DNA from: Octopus bimaculoides
Taxonomy: Eukaryota
Reading direction: 5' to 3'
DNA length: 51,062 bases
NCBI RefSeq assembly: GCF_001194135.2
Contig: NC_068984.1
Coordinates: forward strand, 66,835,792 to 66,886,853
The notes below the pieces were generated by a model. The model was not told where the DNA came from and did no database searches. It saw nothing but the letters and a program-made list of their open reading frames with translations. Of this stretch, positions 50,105 through 51,062 are shown in pieces. Each line of letters opens with the position of its first letter. Position 1 is the first letter of the stretch. A program made the position numbers and the translations under genes.

Positions 50105-50661
50105 GTGTGTGTGTGTGCATGCATGTGCATAGATGCATATATGAGTGTGTGTGTATGCACATATCCATATGTGTGTGTTTGTATGAGGTTTGAATGTATA
50201 TAATGATCCTGATTGTATTATGTTCATTTTTGATTGAATGGCTCTCAATGATCTGCATAATTTTGCTCACAGTATGCAGGAAACTGGTTCACTTTACTGT
50301 TGTGTAAGTCTCACAGTGAGTGTTCAATCATACCACCTTTACTTGAGAGTTTAGTCGATATGAGGAACAGTAAACAGTTCTGTAAGCCCTATTTATCTTG
50401 CATTAAAAGGGTAAAGACCACCTCCAGCCATGAATGACCATAGGACCAGCAGTCACCCATGTATACCAGCCTTCCCTTTCCACACCACCAATGTTATCCA
50501 AGGGAAAACCAAAGTCCCATACAACTTGGCACCACTGATGTCACAACTCATTTCTATAGTTGAGTGAGCTGGAGCAACGTAAAATAAAGTGTCTTTCTCA
50601 AGAACATAACACAATACCGCTCTTCTTAAATGGGTTACGAGCTTCACAGAATACACACGAA

Positions 50662-50895
50662 TGGGGGGCTGACAGAAACGTTAGCACGCCGGGCGAAATG
50701 CTTAGCGGTATTTCGTCTGCTGTTACGTTCTGAGTTCAAATTCCGCCGAGATCGACTTTGCCTTTCATCCTTTCGGGGTCGATAAATTAAGTACCAGTGG
50801 AACACTGAGGTCGATGTAATCGACTTAATCCCTTTGTCTGTCCTTATTTTTCCCCTCTCTGTTTAGCCCCTTGTGGGCAATAAAGAAATAAGAAT
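50662..50895 (+). mobile_element. SINE family B, young-looking copy
   Basis: GACAGAAACGTTAGCACGCCGGGCGAAATGCTTAGCGG..GAGTTCAAATTCCGCCGAG..GCCTTTCATCCTTTCGGGGTCGATAAATTAAGTACCAG; CpGs intact; tail AATAAAGAAATAAGAA. Confidence 0.9.
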
Positions 50896-50920
50896 ACACA
50901 CTCTTTGTCTGTCTGTCTGT

Positions 50921-50973
<53 letters not shown>

Positions 50974-51062
50974 CTGAACTAAGTATCCAGCAAGCTTGAG
51001 ATCAGAAGTGACTTGGATTTCTGTGTTTTTCAGTTTCCTAGAGACAGCCTAAATAATTACTT

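Overview
AT-rich animal DNA from a gapped draft assembly (11 N-gaps, most flanked by AT/CA/GA microsatellites). The repeat families look like Octopus (coleoid cephalopod); this is from recall, not a database search. No intact protein-coding gene is recognisable. Almost all listed ORFs are artefacts of microsatellites or N-runs. The only clear protein homology is a decayed RTE-type LINE (AP endonuclease plus RT N-terminus, about 2.8-3.8 kb). The rest is several tRNA-derived SINE families, (GAT)n-tailed retroposon ends, TTAA-flanked piggyBac-type MITEs and simple repeats. Signals not explained by these repeats: (1) a possible minus-strand long-intron transcription unit, with a CpG-rich promoter-like patch or first exon near 46.2-46.45 kb, a well-defined 78-nt stop-containing exon at 42088-42165, and a consensus branchpoint-polypyrimidine-CAG|GTAAGT recursive-splice-like site at 15147/15146 (weaker one at 19838/19837); (2) a ~585-bp-arm inverted repeat at 22815-24156 that would be a strong ADAR substrate if transcribed; (3) SINEs whose common head is joined through a microsatellite to different 3' bodies. 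All functional readings are hypotheses from sequence alone.
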